DNA of 47,094 bases. Source: Gemmatimonadota bacterium (GTDB taxonomy: Bacteria > Latescibacterota > UBA2968 > UBA8231). Where the stretch lies: contig JAYPJE010000011.1 of the NCBI GenBank assembly GCA_038128265.1, positions 43,312 to 90,405 on the forward strand, in the 5' to 3' direction. This document shows, piece by piece, positions 34,362-44,349 of this stretch; the first letter of the stretch is position 1; each line of letters starts with the position of its first letter. A program made the position numbers and the translations under genes. The notes beneath the pieces are model-generated. The model was not told where the DNA came from. It did not search any database and worked only from the letters and a program-made list of their open reading frames with translations.

Positions 34362-37031
34362 TTAATAGACCAGCGAAATCGTTCCCGAATATTCGCTTGC
34401 CGTATCGTCGCTGCCGATTTTCAAGTAGTAGAGATAAATGCCGGGCGTGGCCTTGGCGCCGCTGGCATCGTTGCCGTCCCAGCGCACTTGGATATTGCCT
34501 GCGCTGCGATCAATCGCATCCAATCTGCGCACGAGCTGTCCGGACAGATCGTATATACCTAGCTCAATATCGATTTGGTCGAGGACCAAAAATAGATCGA
34601 ATGAGAATACGACCTCATCGTTGATCCCGTCGCCGTTGGGCGTGAAGGGATTGGGCAGCACATCGGGCGATTTGAGCAGTTCGTTGATTTCGTCCACCAC
34701 GACCAAAACCGCATTCGTAGCTACGTCCGGCGTCGCGTCTCCACCTTCCGTTGGCTGCGGTATCGACTCGTCTTGAGAGCCGGTCTGATCGTTCCAAACG
34801 GTGCTGGTAAACTCTTTCGAGCCGCGAAAGAGCTTGGAGCGGAAGACAATCTCTATATTCTGGCCGAATTGGAAATCGCGCGAGCGCATGGAGGGCAGCT
34901 TGACGAGCAGTTTGGGCGCTTGGGTAATGGGGTCTATCGCGATACTCTGCGCAAACTGGCCGAGCGAGTCGGCGCCATCGGTTGCCGGCGCGAGTCGGCC
35001 GACCTGAACGGCAGCCAGTGGATCGGCTGCGTCCGTAGCGGGCGCTTCGATTTCGCTCCACACCTGGCCGTCAAAAAACAGCGTATCAATGCGCGTATCC
35101 GCAGAGGGAACGGCAATTTCAATGCGGTTGAAGCTATTTGCCTCGCCGGGGCCAAAGAGGGGGCGAACGAAATAGCGGAACGATGTCTCTTCACCCAGCG
35201 GTACCTGCGATGGAAAGATCTCTGCAACGACACCGCCCCCGACGAGGGGACTGTCGTAATCAAATTCGAGAAAGTCGAGCTGAACGGCACTTTCGTCCGT
35301 GCTGTCAAATAGAATTCGGAACTGTATGTAGCGCGTGCCGCCCGGCAGGGGCAGCTGGACGCCGGTCGTGTGCCACATATCCGGCGGTAGGCTCTCGTCG
35401 ATTAGGCCATCCTCAAACTTAAAGGGAGCCGACCAGTAGCTCCAGCCGTCGGTGGCGTCTTCGCCTAGGTTGGCGCCGAGTTCGTTGTACTGCAGCTCGC
35501 GCTCCTCGATGCGTCCGTCGGTTAGCTTGATCCAAGAAAACAGACCGAGCGCATTGCCGTCGGCATCGCGCGTATCGCTCAGGCCGGGGCCCAGACGCCG
35601 CGCGTAGAGGTGAGTGTCCAGCGTATTGCCGACGCGGAACTGGATGCGCACGTCGCCGTCCTCGCCGATGCGGCGGCCCCGCCAGCGCACGCGCCCCCAG
35701 TTTACGATATCGCCGGGGGTATCAACGGAAAACTGGCCGAGATAAGCCGATTCTTCCGATGCTGAAAATTGCTCGATTTCGCGGTCGTAGCGCCGGATGC
35801 GCGGCGTGGGCGTACCCACGTCGATAACTTCCGAAGTAAAGATTGCGTCGATCGCATGGCCCTCCCCGTAAAACTGAGCCTCTGCCGTTTCCACGCGCGT
35901 TCCATTGGGGTCAATTGAAATAATGTCGATGCGGCCCAAAAGGTGGGGGGGATCGAAGTTCAGATCCTTTACCACGGGATTAAACTCGCCGCGCACCGTA
36001 GGTACGATTAGACGATCGGCCTGAATGCCCTGTATGCGCTCGTTGATTGAGTTGGGGCCGCCTGCGCGAATGTAATAGTTGGCAATCGTCGCATCGGGTA
36101 GCGTCGGGCGCGGTCGGAACAGGATGCGATTTATGTTGTAAAAACCCATGAGGTTGATGCCGACGCCGCCCCGGTTGATCAGCGCCGAACCGTAGGCCGT
36201 AGTCGGATCACTATCGACCATTAGGGTCGCGTCCTGGCGGCCAATTACCGCTGACGTCGCCCAGTAGTCGGGCGAGATGGGGTCGGCTGTTTCGTTGCGA
36301 TAGCCGTATTCGCTGGGCACAATCATGAAGGGTCGACCGGGAGCCTTGCCGGGCACAATGCCGCCGAATTCGCCGGCGATAAAGCGCTGGTTGACCAAAT
36401 AGGCCAAGTTGCGCAGGCTGTCCAGTCGAACGGGGCGCAGCCACAGTGTCTGGTTGTCGGCGGTGCTGTGCTGGGGCAGGGGGCCGTCTTCGTCGATCAG
36501 TCCGTCGCCGTCGTCATCGATCCCGTTGCGCGGATCTTCGTTCTGCAGTCCGTCGTAGTCGTCGTCGTAGTCGGTGTAGAGGCCGTCTTCGCCAAAGAGT
36601 CCGTCGCCGTCGTTGTCGATTTGTGGGTCGGGGCCGTCTTCGTCGATCAGTCCGTCGCTGTCGTTGTCGAACGCCTCAACCGGATCTTCGTCAATCTGGC
36701 CGTCGCCGTCGTCGTCGATGTTGTTGACCGGGTCTTCGTTGAGCACCCCGTCGCCGTCGTTGTCCACCTGGGGATCGACTGGATCTTCGTTGATAAAGGC
36801 ATCGCCGTCGTTGTCGACCAATTCTACTGGATCTTCGTCAATGAGGCCGTCGCCGTCGTCGTCGGCGAGCAGTTCAACGCCCCAGCCCCTTCCCAAATCA
36901 ATGCGCCCAGAAACCGGTCTGAGCGTCCATGGGTGTTCGGCGTCACCGATGCGCCAAGTGCGAATCTCCGCGCCGATAGGAGAGCTCAAAAGGCATGTAG
37001 TGCCCAGCGCCAAAGCGAAAAGTCGAATCAT
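34362..37031 (-). CDS. Secreted type-A paralog with N-terminal acidic repeat array and CHU_C/FlgD-Ig-like CTD
   Basis: Signal peptide; INRILFRPRP, EAQFYGEGH, WGRVRW, WSYWS, RYIQFR, AEIFP, PNPFTPNGDGIND, WDGND, PGIY; ends ISLVY. Confidence 0.8.
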   Translation of the reverse strand: MIRLFALALGTTCLLSSPIGAEIRTWRIGDAEHPWTLRPVSGRIDLGRGWGVELLADDDGDGLIDEDPVELVDNDGDAFINEDPVDPQVDNDGDGVLNEDPVNNIDDDGDGQIDEDPVEAFDNDSDGLIDEDGPDPQIDNDGDGLFGEDGLYTDYDDDYDGLQNEDPRNGIDDDGDGLIDEDGPLPQHSTADNQTLWLRPVRLDSLRNLAYLVNQRFIAGEFGGIVPGKAPGRPFMIVPSEYGYRNETADPISPDYWATSAVIGRQDATLMVDSDPTTAYGSALINRGGVGINLMGFYNINRILFRPRPTLPDATIANYYIRAGGPNSINERIQGIQADRLIVPTVRGEFNPVVKDLNFDPPHLLGRIDIISIDPNGTRVETAEAQFYGEGHAIDAIFTSEVIDVGTPTPRIRRYDREIEQFSASEESAYLGQFSVDTPGDIVNWGRVRWRGRRIGEDGDVRIQFRVGNTLDTHLYARRLGPGLSDTRDADGNALGLFSWIKLTDGRIEERELQYNELGANLGEDATDGWSYWSAPFKFEDGLIDESLPPDMWHTTGVQLPLPGGTRYIQFRILFDSTDESAVQLDFLEFDYDSPLVGGGVVAEIFPSQVPLGEETSFRYFVRPLFGPGEANSFNRIEIAVPSADTRIDTLFFDGQVWSEIEAPATDAADPLAAVQVGRLAPATDGADSLGQFAQSIAIDPITQAPKLLVKLPSMRSRDFQFGQNIEIVFRSKLFRGSKEFTSTVWNDQTGSQDESIPQPTEGGDATPDVATNAVLVVVDEINELLKSPDVLPNPFTPNGDGINDEVVFSFDLFLVLDQIDIELGIYDLSGQLVRRLDAIDRSAGNIQVRWDGNDASGAKATPGIYLYYLKIGSDDTASEYSGTISLVY
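36480..36863 (-). repeat. Eight tandem 16-17-aa D(D/N)DxDGxx(D/N/G)ED repeats
   Basis: DDDGDGLIDED, DNDGDAFINED, DNDGDGVLNED, DDDGDGQIDED, DNDSDGLIDED, DNDGDGLFGED, DDDYDGLQNED, DDDGDGLIDED. Confidence 0.9.
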
Positions 37032-37304
37032 GGGGCTGCTCCAGGTCGTCTCGTCAAAATGGGATCTAATGGATACCAGTACAATGTTACAAGCTAAGAA
37101 AAAATAGCGTTCCCCACAATTGGATTTGCCAGCTTATTTATCTTAGCCAAACAGGGCTTACGCGCGTCTTCTGAATGGGCGTGAATGGGCAGAATTATTT
37201 GAAAATGTCGTCCTTTGCCGTTTATTTAACTCGTTCATTTACAAGGTAAACGGCGTGGAGCTGACGCATGGGCCAACGGAGCACTAGCGAGGACAGTTGA
37301 GGCG
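37032..37304. promoter_or_regulatory. Divergent promoter region between paralogous transcription units
   Basis: AT-rich 273-bp gap between head-to-head genes; candidate minus-strand TTGTGG-17-TAGCTT (37119-37091); direct repeat TGAATGGGC at 37172 and 37182. Confidence 0.45.
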
Positions 37305-39179
37305 ATGAAGCGATTAATCGGTCCGATTTTGGCTCGCCTATGGGTCGTGTGGGTGTTTGCCGTCCCAGCGCATGCCGTCGACTCGCTGGGCGTGGGCTGG
37401 CGCGGCAGCATCGCGCGCTGGACCCAGGGCGTGTCCGAGGCGAGCTTTTTGGCCATTCGCGCCGATTCGATCTGGACGTGGGACGTGCGGCCCAACAGCA
37501 ATCTGGCACCCACCACGCTGGAGCGATCGGGCTACGTGCTGGTGCCGGGGGGCAGGGAGGGGGTGGCGACGTTTATCGCCGGTGCCGAGGTGATGTTTGA
37601 CGGCTCTGACTCGACGGCATTTAACCCGGACAATTTTGCCGATCGCTACGGCGTCGAGCGCACCTCTACGTTTTACATCGACTTGGGTGCGACCTTTCGC
37701 GTCGATCGCATACGGCTCTATCCGCGCCAGGATCCCGACCACAAAACGCTCTTCCCGCGCTCTTTCAGCCTGTCTACCAACGGCGGGCTGGGCGACGAGG
37801 GCGAAGTTGAAACGGGCAATCTGCTGGAGCGTCCCTTCCAATCGGTGTTCAACTTCTTTAATTCCAACCCCAATCGCCAGCCCGTATTAGAGCGCATTTT
37901 TGAAAGCCGCAACGTGCGTTTTATACGGCTGCAGGTGCGCGAAAATCAGCCCTGGGAAATCGCCGAGCTGGAGGTGTTTAGCGACGGTGTAGGCGTGGCC
38001 GGCGAGTATATATCCGTGCCTATCCTCGCCACTGAAGGGCCGCGGCCGCTGTGGGGAAAGGTGCGCTACGATGGCGGGGACATTACCGATCTACCGATTA
38101 CGGTGCAGACGCGCACGGGGCCGGATCGCGAACCACAGCACTATTTTCGCTATACAGGTGTTGGCGGCGACCGCGAACGCGTTAGCATGGCCGAGTATAC
38201 CCGGCTCGATTCGGTTGAACAGGGGCCGATTTTGCGCAACCCCGATTGGTCGCCCTGGGAGACGGTAACCGACGGCCAGGTGCGCTCGCCCAGCAACCAT
38301 CCCTTTATCCAGTTCCGCCTGCAGATTAATGGTCCCGGCACGGTGATAAAGCGATTTGTCATAGAATACCTCAATCCGCCTATCGCCGATGCGCTCGAAG
38401 CGGAAATTGCTCCGCTCGTCGTCGAGGCCGGTCAGCAGACCCAGTTCACTATATCGCTGCAGACGCGCATGCGCATTTGGCGAACGGACGGTTCGCTATT
38501 GCCCAACGCCGATACGGGCTTTCAGAGTCTGCGCATACAGACGGCGGCGCGCATTGATGCCATAGACAAGGTGCTGGTCGACGATCGCGAAGTGGAGTTC
38601 ACCGCACAGTACGATGCCGACGAGGGCACGACGATCCGCCTGCGGCGATCAATTTTACAGGACGGGACGTTCATACAGATCGTTCTGCGAGGGGCCGTTT
38701 TTCGCGACGCAACGCGCTTTGATGTGCAGGCCGGCGACCGTCGCTTAGTAGAGGGCGAACTACTTACGGTGCACCAATCGGCGCAGGAAGAAGACGTCGA
38801 CCCGCTGTCGCTTGGAGGCAGTCTGGTGGTGCGCTTGGCCAGCAGCGAGGGGCGTTTGCCGCTGCTGGACGACATCGGGGCGAAGTCGAATGTGATTTCG
38901 CCCAACGGAGACGGTATAAACGACGTCTTTGAACTGCGCTATGCTCTGCTCAAGCTGACGCAGTCGGCCGCATCGCACCTCGACATCTATGCATTGGACG
39001 GCCGTTTGCTGCGGCGCTTGGACGGCGGTTTTCAGCTAAACGGCGATCAGGCCTATCGCTGGGACGGCCGCGATGCGGGTGGATTGCTCGCTGCGCCCGG
39101 TATTTACGTATACAGGCTATCGATTGATGTCGATGGAGGCGCGGTGGAGCGCGAGGGCACCATAGGAGTCGTTTACTAA
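37305..39179 (+). CDS. Secreted type-A paralog (one discoidin-like domain, CHU_C/FlgD-Ig-like CTD)
   Basis: Signal ending AHA; MFDG, YIDLGATFRVDRIRLYPR, AELEVFSDG, WGKVRY, QTRTG, WSPW, PFIQFR, AEIAP, SPNGDGIND, WDGRD; ends IGVVY. Confidence 0.8.
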   Translation: MKRLIGPILARLWVVWVFAVPAHAVDSLGVGWRGSIARWTQGVSEASFLAIRADSIWTWDVRPNSNLAPTTLERSGYVLVPGGREGVATFIAGAEVMFDGSDSTAFNPDNFADRYGVERTSTFYIDLGATFRVDRIRLYPRQDPDHKTLFPRSFSLSTNGGLGDEGEVETGNLLERPFQSVFNFFNSNPNRQPVLERIFESRNVRFIRLQVRENQPWEIAELEVFSDGVGVAGEYISVPILATEGPRPLWGKVRYDGGDITDLPITVQTRTGPDREPQHYFRYTGVGGDRERVSMAEYTRLDSVEQGPILRNPDWSPWETVTDGQVRSPSNHPFIQFRLQINGPGTVIKRFVIEYLNPPIADALEAEIAPLVVEAGQQTQFTISLQTRMRIWRTDGSLLPNADTGFQSLRIQTAARIDAIDKVLVDDREVEFTAQYDADEGTTIRLRRSILQDGTFIQIVLRGAVFRDATRFDVQAGDRRLVEGELLTVHQSAQEEDVDPLSLGGSLVVRLASSEGRLPLLDDIGAKSNVISPNGDGINDVFELRYALLKLTQSAASHLDIYALDGRLLRRLDGGFQLNGDQAYRWDGRDAGGLLAAPGIYVYRLSIDVDGGAVEREGTIGVVY

Positions 39180-41677
39180 TGATCGCCTTTTGTCTACTGG
39201 CCTTCCTGTGTGCGGCCGGCTGGGTGCACGCAGGGGAAGGCTATCGGCTGGAGTCGAACCGCGTGGTGATCGAAGGAGCGGACCAGTGGCAGGTTTGGGA
39301 GTCGCCCTTGGGCGTCCGCGAGATCGATGCCGCTGGCACCGTGCGCCCGCGCTTTTTGCGCTCGGAGACCAATGCGGTGCGCAATGCCGACCAGTTTTTT
39401 CGCGTCAATGCCGAGGAGGATACGCTGTATGGGGGCGTGAGTGCGGCGGGGAGTAATTTTGTAGACGCGGCCCAGGTCATCGACGGTGATAGGACCACCT
39501 ACTGGGAGCCTGATAGCGCAGACGAAATCGAGCGTTGGTACGTCGAAGTTGACCTCGGGCGCACGGTCATTGCCAAGCGCATCGTCGTACGCTTTGCCGA
39601 AGAGGGTATGGGCGATCCCTTTCTCAAGTTTCGCGTTATGATTTCCGACGGACGCCAGGCTTTTGGCAGCGATAACCGCCGCCAGTTTTTGCGCGTCGGG
39701 CAGGTTAATTTCCGCAATAAAGACCAGCGCGCATTTTCCTTTGATGTGGTGCCACTGCGACCTGCCCCCAGCGGAGTCGAGGGCGCCGTGACCCAGTTCG
39801 TGCGCATCGATGCGCTGGACAGCGACGGCGCGCGCGGCGCCGAAGTGTCGCGCGCGGCCTACGATGAGCTGGGAGAAGAAGATCGCGGGGCGACCGACTA
39901 CTTCCGCGTGACCGTTGCCGGCCGCGAAATTGCCGTACTGCCCGATACCTATGCGCTGTTGCCGGAAGTGGAGCGCGGACCGGTGCGCTACTATCGTCGC
40001 GAACGTCCGCGCCTGGCTGAAATCGAGGTTTATGAACTCGGCGACAATGTGGTCGCGCTCACGCAGCGAGAGCTGTTCCAGGACCAGACGCTCTTTGGTA
40101 ACCTCCTGCGCCGTCAGCTGACCGACGGGCTGCATATGTCGTCGTTTGATCTACGCGTCTACGATCCCCTCAAAAACGAAAACCAGTTGGAAATCGACCT
40201 AGGTGCCAAGTACTGGTTGGATCGCGTGCGGTTAATTAGCCCGGAGAATCCGCCGGTCGCCTATCAGATTCGCATCTCGGACGGCGGGCTAGATCCGTCG
40301 GGAGAATTGGTGTGGAAGGAGTTTGACGAGCGCTTTAATACCAACTCGTTTGTTCAGCTGGAAGAGCAGTTTATCCCACAGGAAGTTCAGCACATTGAGC
40401 TGCGCCGCTTGGAATTGGTCGGTTCGGTGGCCGAAAAGGCGACGCTGAGCGAAGTGCAGGCCTACGGCGAGGGCTACGTATCGGATGTCGTTATGACCTC
40501 GCCGCTGATCAAGTTGGAGCGCGCGCAGATATTCTCCAGCCTGGAGTGGGATGCCGATATTCCGCCCGGTGCGCGGTTGGAAGTGCGTACCCGTTCGGGC
40601 GATGATATCATAGAAGATGCGCATTATTACGACCGCTACGGTCGCGAGATCAGCGAGGAGCGCTGGGTCAATATTCGCAATCAGGAACACCGCGGCCCCG
40701 TCGTTGTCAACGAATTGATCGGTCCAAAATGGAGCAATTGGAGCGAGCTGTACGCGCGCAGTGGCGAGCCTTTTCGCTCACCCAATCCGCGCCGTATGGT
40801 GCAGGTGCAGGCGCGTCTGCGCAGCGTGGATCCGCTGCGCGCTACGGCCCTGCGCAGCATGCAGCTTCGCTTTAGTGCGCCGCTGGTGGACCAGCTATTT
40901 GCCGAAGTCTGGCCCGTGCGCGGTATTGAAGCAGGTAGCGAAGCCGAATTTACGGTGTATGTGCTGCCGACCTTTGGCAGCGGAGATCCTGGTTTTGATC
41001 GCCTAAAGCTGCGGGCCAGCTCGTCGGAGAGTCTGCAATTGGTATCGGTGCGCTCTGGCAGCGAGTCCTCGCTGCGCTTCGGCGCCGGTCAGCAGCTGTG
41101 GCCGGGGCCGTGGTCGCTCAGCGAAGAGGGCCCTGGCTACTTCGAGCTCGCACTGCCGCAGGTGGCCCGGCGCGGTTCTGCTCTCTATGCAATTACCTTT
41201 CGCACGCGGGTTTTCCTCAACAGCACGACCTTCTACGTGGACTTGGCCAACAGCAGCTTGCCCGGTACGGTGCAAGTGGCTAGTGACGGGGAGGCCAGCA
41301 GCTTGGCGGGGAGTCAGTCGATGGTCGTGGTAACCGACCTGCTCAATGCCCCCTTGCTATCGGGGTTGCGCGTCCAGCCCGGAGTGGTCACGCCCAACGG
41401 GGACGGCATCAATGACGCGGCGCAGGTGTCGTTTACCGTATACCGCCTGACCGGTACCGTGCGCTTTGCGGTTGGCGTGTATGATTTGGCCGGTCGGCTG
41501 GTGCGCGACCTGTCTTTTGAACGAGCCAATGCCAGCGGCGAGCACGGCCTGCAGTGGGACGGCCGGGACGATGGGGGGAGCGTCGTAGTGCCGGGAATCT
41601 ATTTACTCCGCGTTCACTTTGAGGCGGATGCCGACGAAGGACTGGCCGTTGCCGTGCCAGTGCACGTGGTTTACTGA
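39179..41677 (+). CDS. Secreted type-B paralog (two discoidin-like domains, CHU_C/FlgD-Ig-like CTD)
   Basis: TAATG coupling; DGDRTTYWEP, EVDLG, EIDLG, EVQAYGEGY, WSNWS, SPNPRRMVQVQ, TPNGDGIND, WDGRD; ends VHVVY; collinear with 15110-18451. Confidence 0.8.
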   Translation: MIAFCLLAFLCAAGWVHAGEGYRLESNRVVIEGADQWQVWESPLGVREIDAAGTVRPRFLRSETNAVRNADQFFRVNAEEDTLYGGVSAAGSNFVDAAQVIDGDRTTYWEPDSADEIERWYVEVDLGRTVIAKRIVVRFAEEGMGDPFLKFRVMISDGRQAFGSDNRRQFLRVGQVNFRNKDQRAFSFDVVPLRPAPSGVEGAVTQFVRIDALDSDGARGAEVSRAAYDELGEEDRGATDYFRVTVAGREIAVLPDTYALLPEVERGPVRYYRRERPRLAEIEVYELGDNVVALTQRELFQDQTLFGNLLRRQLTDGLHMSSFDLRVYDPLKNENQLEIDLGAKYWLDRVRLISPENPPVAYQIRISDGGLDPSGELVWKEFDERFNTNSFVQLEEQFIPQEVQHIELRRLELVGSVAEKATLSEVQAYGEGYVSDVVMTSPLIKLERAQIFSSLEWDADIPPGARLEVRTRSGDDIIEDAHYYDRYGREISEERWVNIRNQEHRGPVVVNELIGPKWSNWSELYARSGEPFRSPNPRRMVQVQARLRSVDPLRATALRSMQLRFSAPLVDQLFAEVWPVRGIEAGSEAEFTVYVLPTFGSGDPGFDRLKLRASSSESLQLVSVRSGSESSLRFGAGQQLWPGPWSLSEEGPGYFELALPQVARRGSALYAITFRTRVFLNSTTFYVDLANSSLPGTVQVASDGEASSLAGSQSMVVVTDLLNAPLLSGLRVQPGVVTPNGDGINDAAQVSFTVYRLTGTVRFAVGVYDLAGRLVRDLSFERANASGEHGLQWDGRDDGGSVVVPGIYLLRVHFEADADEGLAVAVPVHVVY

Positions 41678-44346
41678 TGCGCTCGCTGCTATACATGGGT
41701 GTGCTCTGTGCACTCGCTGCGCTGTGCCAGAGGGTAGACGGGCAGTACCTGGCGGCCGAACGGCCGGCGCTGGGCGGAGGCTTGGACGATGCCTACACGC
41801 CGCGCTTTAGCGTTGAGTACGCCCTGCCCGAAATCCACAAATGGTATGCACCGCGCCACCTCTTCGAGACCTATTCTCAGCCTTGGTATGTCCGGGAGAC
41901 GAGCTATGCCGAGGGCGATTACCGTCGCTATGTAGCCCAGCTATTAGAAGGCTCGGAGTGGTATGATAGTTTTGGATCGCCGCTGGGTCGCGGATGGCTG
42001 GTCTACAGCTGGACGCAGACGCAGGCCGCATCGCAGGGGAGCGTCATTATGAAGCGTCCTGCCAGTCCCGAGCGGCGCGATACCTACTCCAGCTTTTTTA
42101 GCCGCCTGGTCATCGCCAGCGACGGCGACGGCCGCGGCACCTATCGCCTGATGATCGGCGATCAGATATACACAAACTTTACGCCGCTCACCTTCTACAA
42201 GCCTCGCTTTAACGGCATGCGCATGGACTACGCGACCGATCGCATGCTAGCCAGCATGATTCTGTCGCGTCCCAGCGAGCCCAACCGCGATTCGCGCACC
42301 GACGTGACCAACCTGATGGGAGGCCACATCGACCTCGATGCGACGGACAGGCTGCGTTTTGGCTTGACCTATGTCAACGCGCACAACGCGCGCAGCAAGG
42401 AAGACTTTGCCAGCGGCAACCCCTTTGCCGGCGTGCTCACCACCAATCAAAACCAGCCGCTGCAGGATCTGTGGGTAAGCGTGCGCGACGATTCGCCGGC
42501 CGATGGAACGGGCGGGCCGGCCCTATTCTCGTATGACATCGTCTTGACCGACACCAGCGGCAGCGAAATCCGCGGCAGCGAAATCGGCTTTTTACCCTTT
42601 GTCGAGGGGGGGCGCTCCGAGGGAAGCACGCTGGTCGCCTCTGGCGCAGAGCGCATTGTCTTGCACTACGACCTAGAGTCCCTCGACTATGAGGGCACCA
42701 ACTCCATCGACCTAAGCCGCGCCCGCGTCGAACTGTCGCTGGCCAACGACTACCGCATCGAGATGGCTTCCAACCTGCAAACCGACGGCGATCGCAGCGA
42801 TCCAGAACCCGTCTTTCTGACCTTTGATCGCGCCGCTGGCAACGTAACAGATCGAAGCAATGGCACGGTGCTGCGCCTGGACTACGCGCTGCCTACGGCC
42901 AATGAGCTGATCGGCTTTAACTGGGATTTGCGCGATTGGATGGGGCTATCGACGAGGGGAGAACTGGTCGTCAACCGGCGCTACGGACAGTATCCCAGCC
43001 CCAATGTTCCGCGCGGCCACCGCGCCGTGCAGCAGGCCGCGGCCGCCTACGGCGTTGCGCTCTATAAGCGGTATCCGTGGTCGCTCTATGCCGAGGGGTT
43101 TTCTATCGACGATAGCTATGCCACCAACTATTGGCTGACCGAGGCCAGCGGCGCGATTCGCTATAAGGACCGGGTGCCTCAGCTCTACGAGTTTGTCGAC
43201 GACGACGATGACTTTAACGCCGTGCCCGACTGGGAAAGGCCGCTGCAGCCGTGGAATGCAACGGTTTGGCCCGGATACGACGAGAACGGCGACTTTATAT
43301 TCGACCATAACCAGAACCTCAATTTGCAGCCGGACTACGACGAGCCATTTCTCCGCTTTCGCTCTGATCGGCCCGAGTACCTGTTCGGTTTTGATATGAA
43401 CCACAACGGGACGATCGATCGCTTTGAGGACGACGACCTGCCCGACTATCCCTTTCAACGCGATTTGCGCGGTTTCAATGCCTACCTGTCCGCCCGCGTT
43501 GGCCCCGACATGCTGCTATTGGTTGGTCGCCAGGACATGCGGCGCCTTTCCGGGGATGGGCACACGCGCAGCTGGTATGGCTTTTGGGCTTGGTCATGGC
43601 GCCATCGCTGGGGGTTGCTGCGCCTCTTTGAGCTCGGCAAAATCGTCCGCGACAATATTCCCGACGATATCAACCAGTGGGTCCAGCCGGCCGGTGCACT
43701 GGGGCGCATGCGCAGGAAGTTTGACCTGCTGCCCCTGCGCAATACGTGGCAAAACACGCTCTACCTAGATTTTGAGCACGAGCTGTGGGATGGCACGCAT
43801 TTCTTGCACCGCGTTAAGTGGGAAGGCCTCTGGCAGCGCGATGAGCCCGAATTGGTGCGCGAGCGAGAGGGCCGCTACCGCAGCGGCTTTCTCGGATTGA
43901 TAAACAAGGGCGAGTGGAGTATCCCGATCGGCCTAGCGGTGTTGGAGCCGCGCATTAAGAGTGAGGTGCGTCGAGAGCGCTCTTTTAACGCGCTGCTCGA
44001 AGAGACGACGATCGCCGAGCAAACGCTGTTCCTAATCTGGACGCAGCCGCTCATGGCAGAGTCGGTGGGCGTGGCCTACTTTCCGCGCTACGGTCGCCAG
44101 CTGTTCAACACGCAGCTGCAGGTGGGTATTGAGCTGAGCCGACTCAACCTGCTCGAAGGCCAGAGCGAGGCCGTGCGCGAAAGCTCGCGGAGCTGGACGT
44201 GGGTGGGGCAACTGACCAATAAGGTAGGGTATATGGGCTACCAGCTCGTCCTGCGCACGGGGGTTCGCCTGGGCAATCGCCACTTAGACGGCGGCGAGGA
44301 CGAGCGCTCTAGTCTGTTTTTTCTCACGGTTAACGCGGGGCTCTGA
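41677..44346 (+). CDS. Type-C paralog: putative outer-membrane beta-barrel protein with acidic insert
   Basis: TGATG coupling; shares KWY.P, VIASD, TP.TF.KP.F.G, GNPF.G.LT, DDSP.DG, LANDYRI, YEFVDD, SDRPE.LFG.DMN.NG, RVKWE and PR.KSE with 18513-21266; ends LTVNAGL. Confidence 0.65.
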   Translation: MRSLLYMGVLCALAALCQRVDGQYLAAERPALGGGLDDAYTPRFSVEYALPEIHKWYAPRHLFETYSQPWYVRETSYAEGDYRRYVAQLLEGSEWYDSFGSPLGRGWLVYSWTQTQAASQGSVIMKRPASPERRDTYSSFFSRLVIASDGDGRGTYRLMIGDQIYTNFTPLTFYKPRFNGMRMDYATDRMLASMILSRPSEPNRDSRTDVTNLMGGHIDLDATDRLRFGLTYVNAHNARSKEDFASGNPFAGVLTTNQNQPLQDLWVSVRDDSPADGTGGPALFSYDIVLTDTSGSEIRGSEIGFLPFVEGGRSEGSTLVASGAERIVLHYDLESLDYEGTNSIDLSRARVELSLANDYRIEMASNLQTDGDRSDPEPVFLTFDRAAGNVTDRSNGTVLRLDYALPTANELIGFNWDLRDWMGLSTRGELVVNRRYGQYPSPNVPRGHRAVQQAAAAYGVALYKRYPWSLYAEGFSIDDSYATNYWLTEASGAIRYKDRVPQLYEFVDDDDDFNAVPDWERPLQPWNATVWPGYDENGDFIFDHNQNLNLQPDYDEPFLRFRSDRPEYLFGFDMNHNGTIDRFEDDDLPDYPFQRDLRGFNAYLSARVGPDMLLLVGRQDMRRLSGDGHTRSWYGFWAWSWRHRWGLLRLFELGKIVRDNIPDDINQWVQPAGALGRMRRKFDLLPLRNTWQNTLYLDFEHELWDGTHFLHRVKWEGLWQRDEPELVREREGRYRSGFLGLINKGEWSIPIGLAVLEPRIKSEVRRERSFNALLEETTIAEQTLFLIWTQPLMAESVGVAYFPRYGRQLFNTQLQVGIELSRLNLLEGQSEAVRESSRSWTWVGQLTNKVGYMGYQLVLRTGVRLGNRHLDGGEDERSSLFFLTVNAGL

Positions 44347-44349
44347 TCC

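Noticed and set aside
36480..36863. Periodic DNA (CCGTCGCCGTCGT every ~50 bp) resembling a CRISPR array
   Set aside because: Repeats are degenerate at synonymous positions, in frame, and encode DxDGDG peptides; no cas genes or leader.
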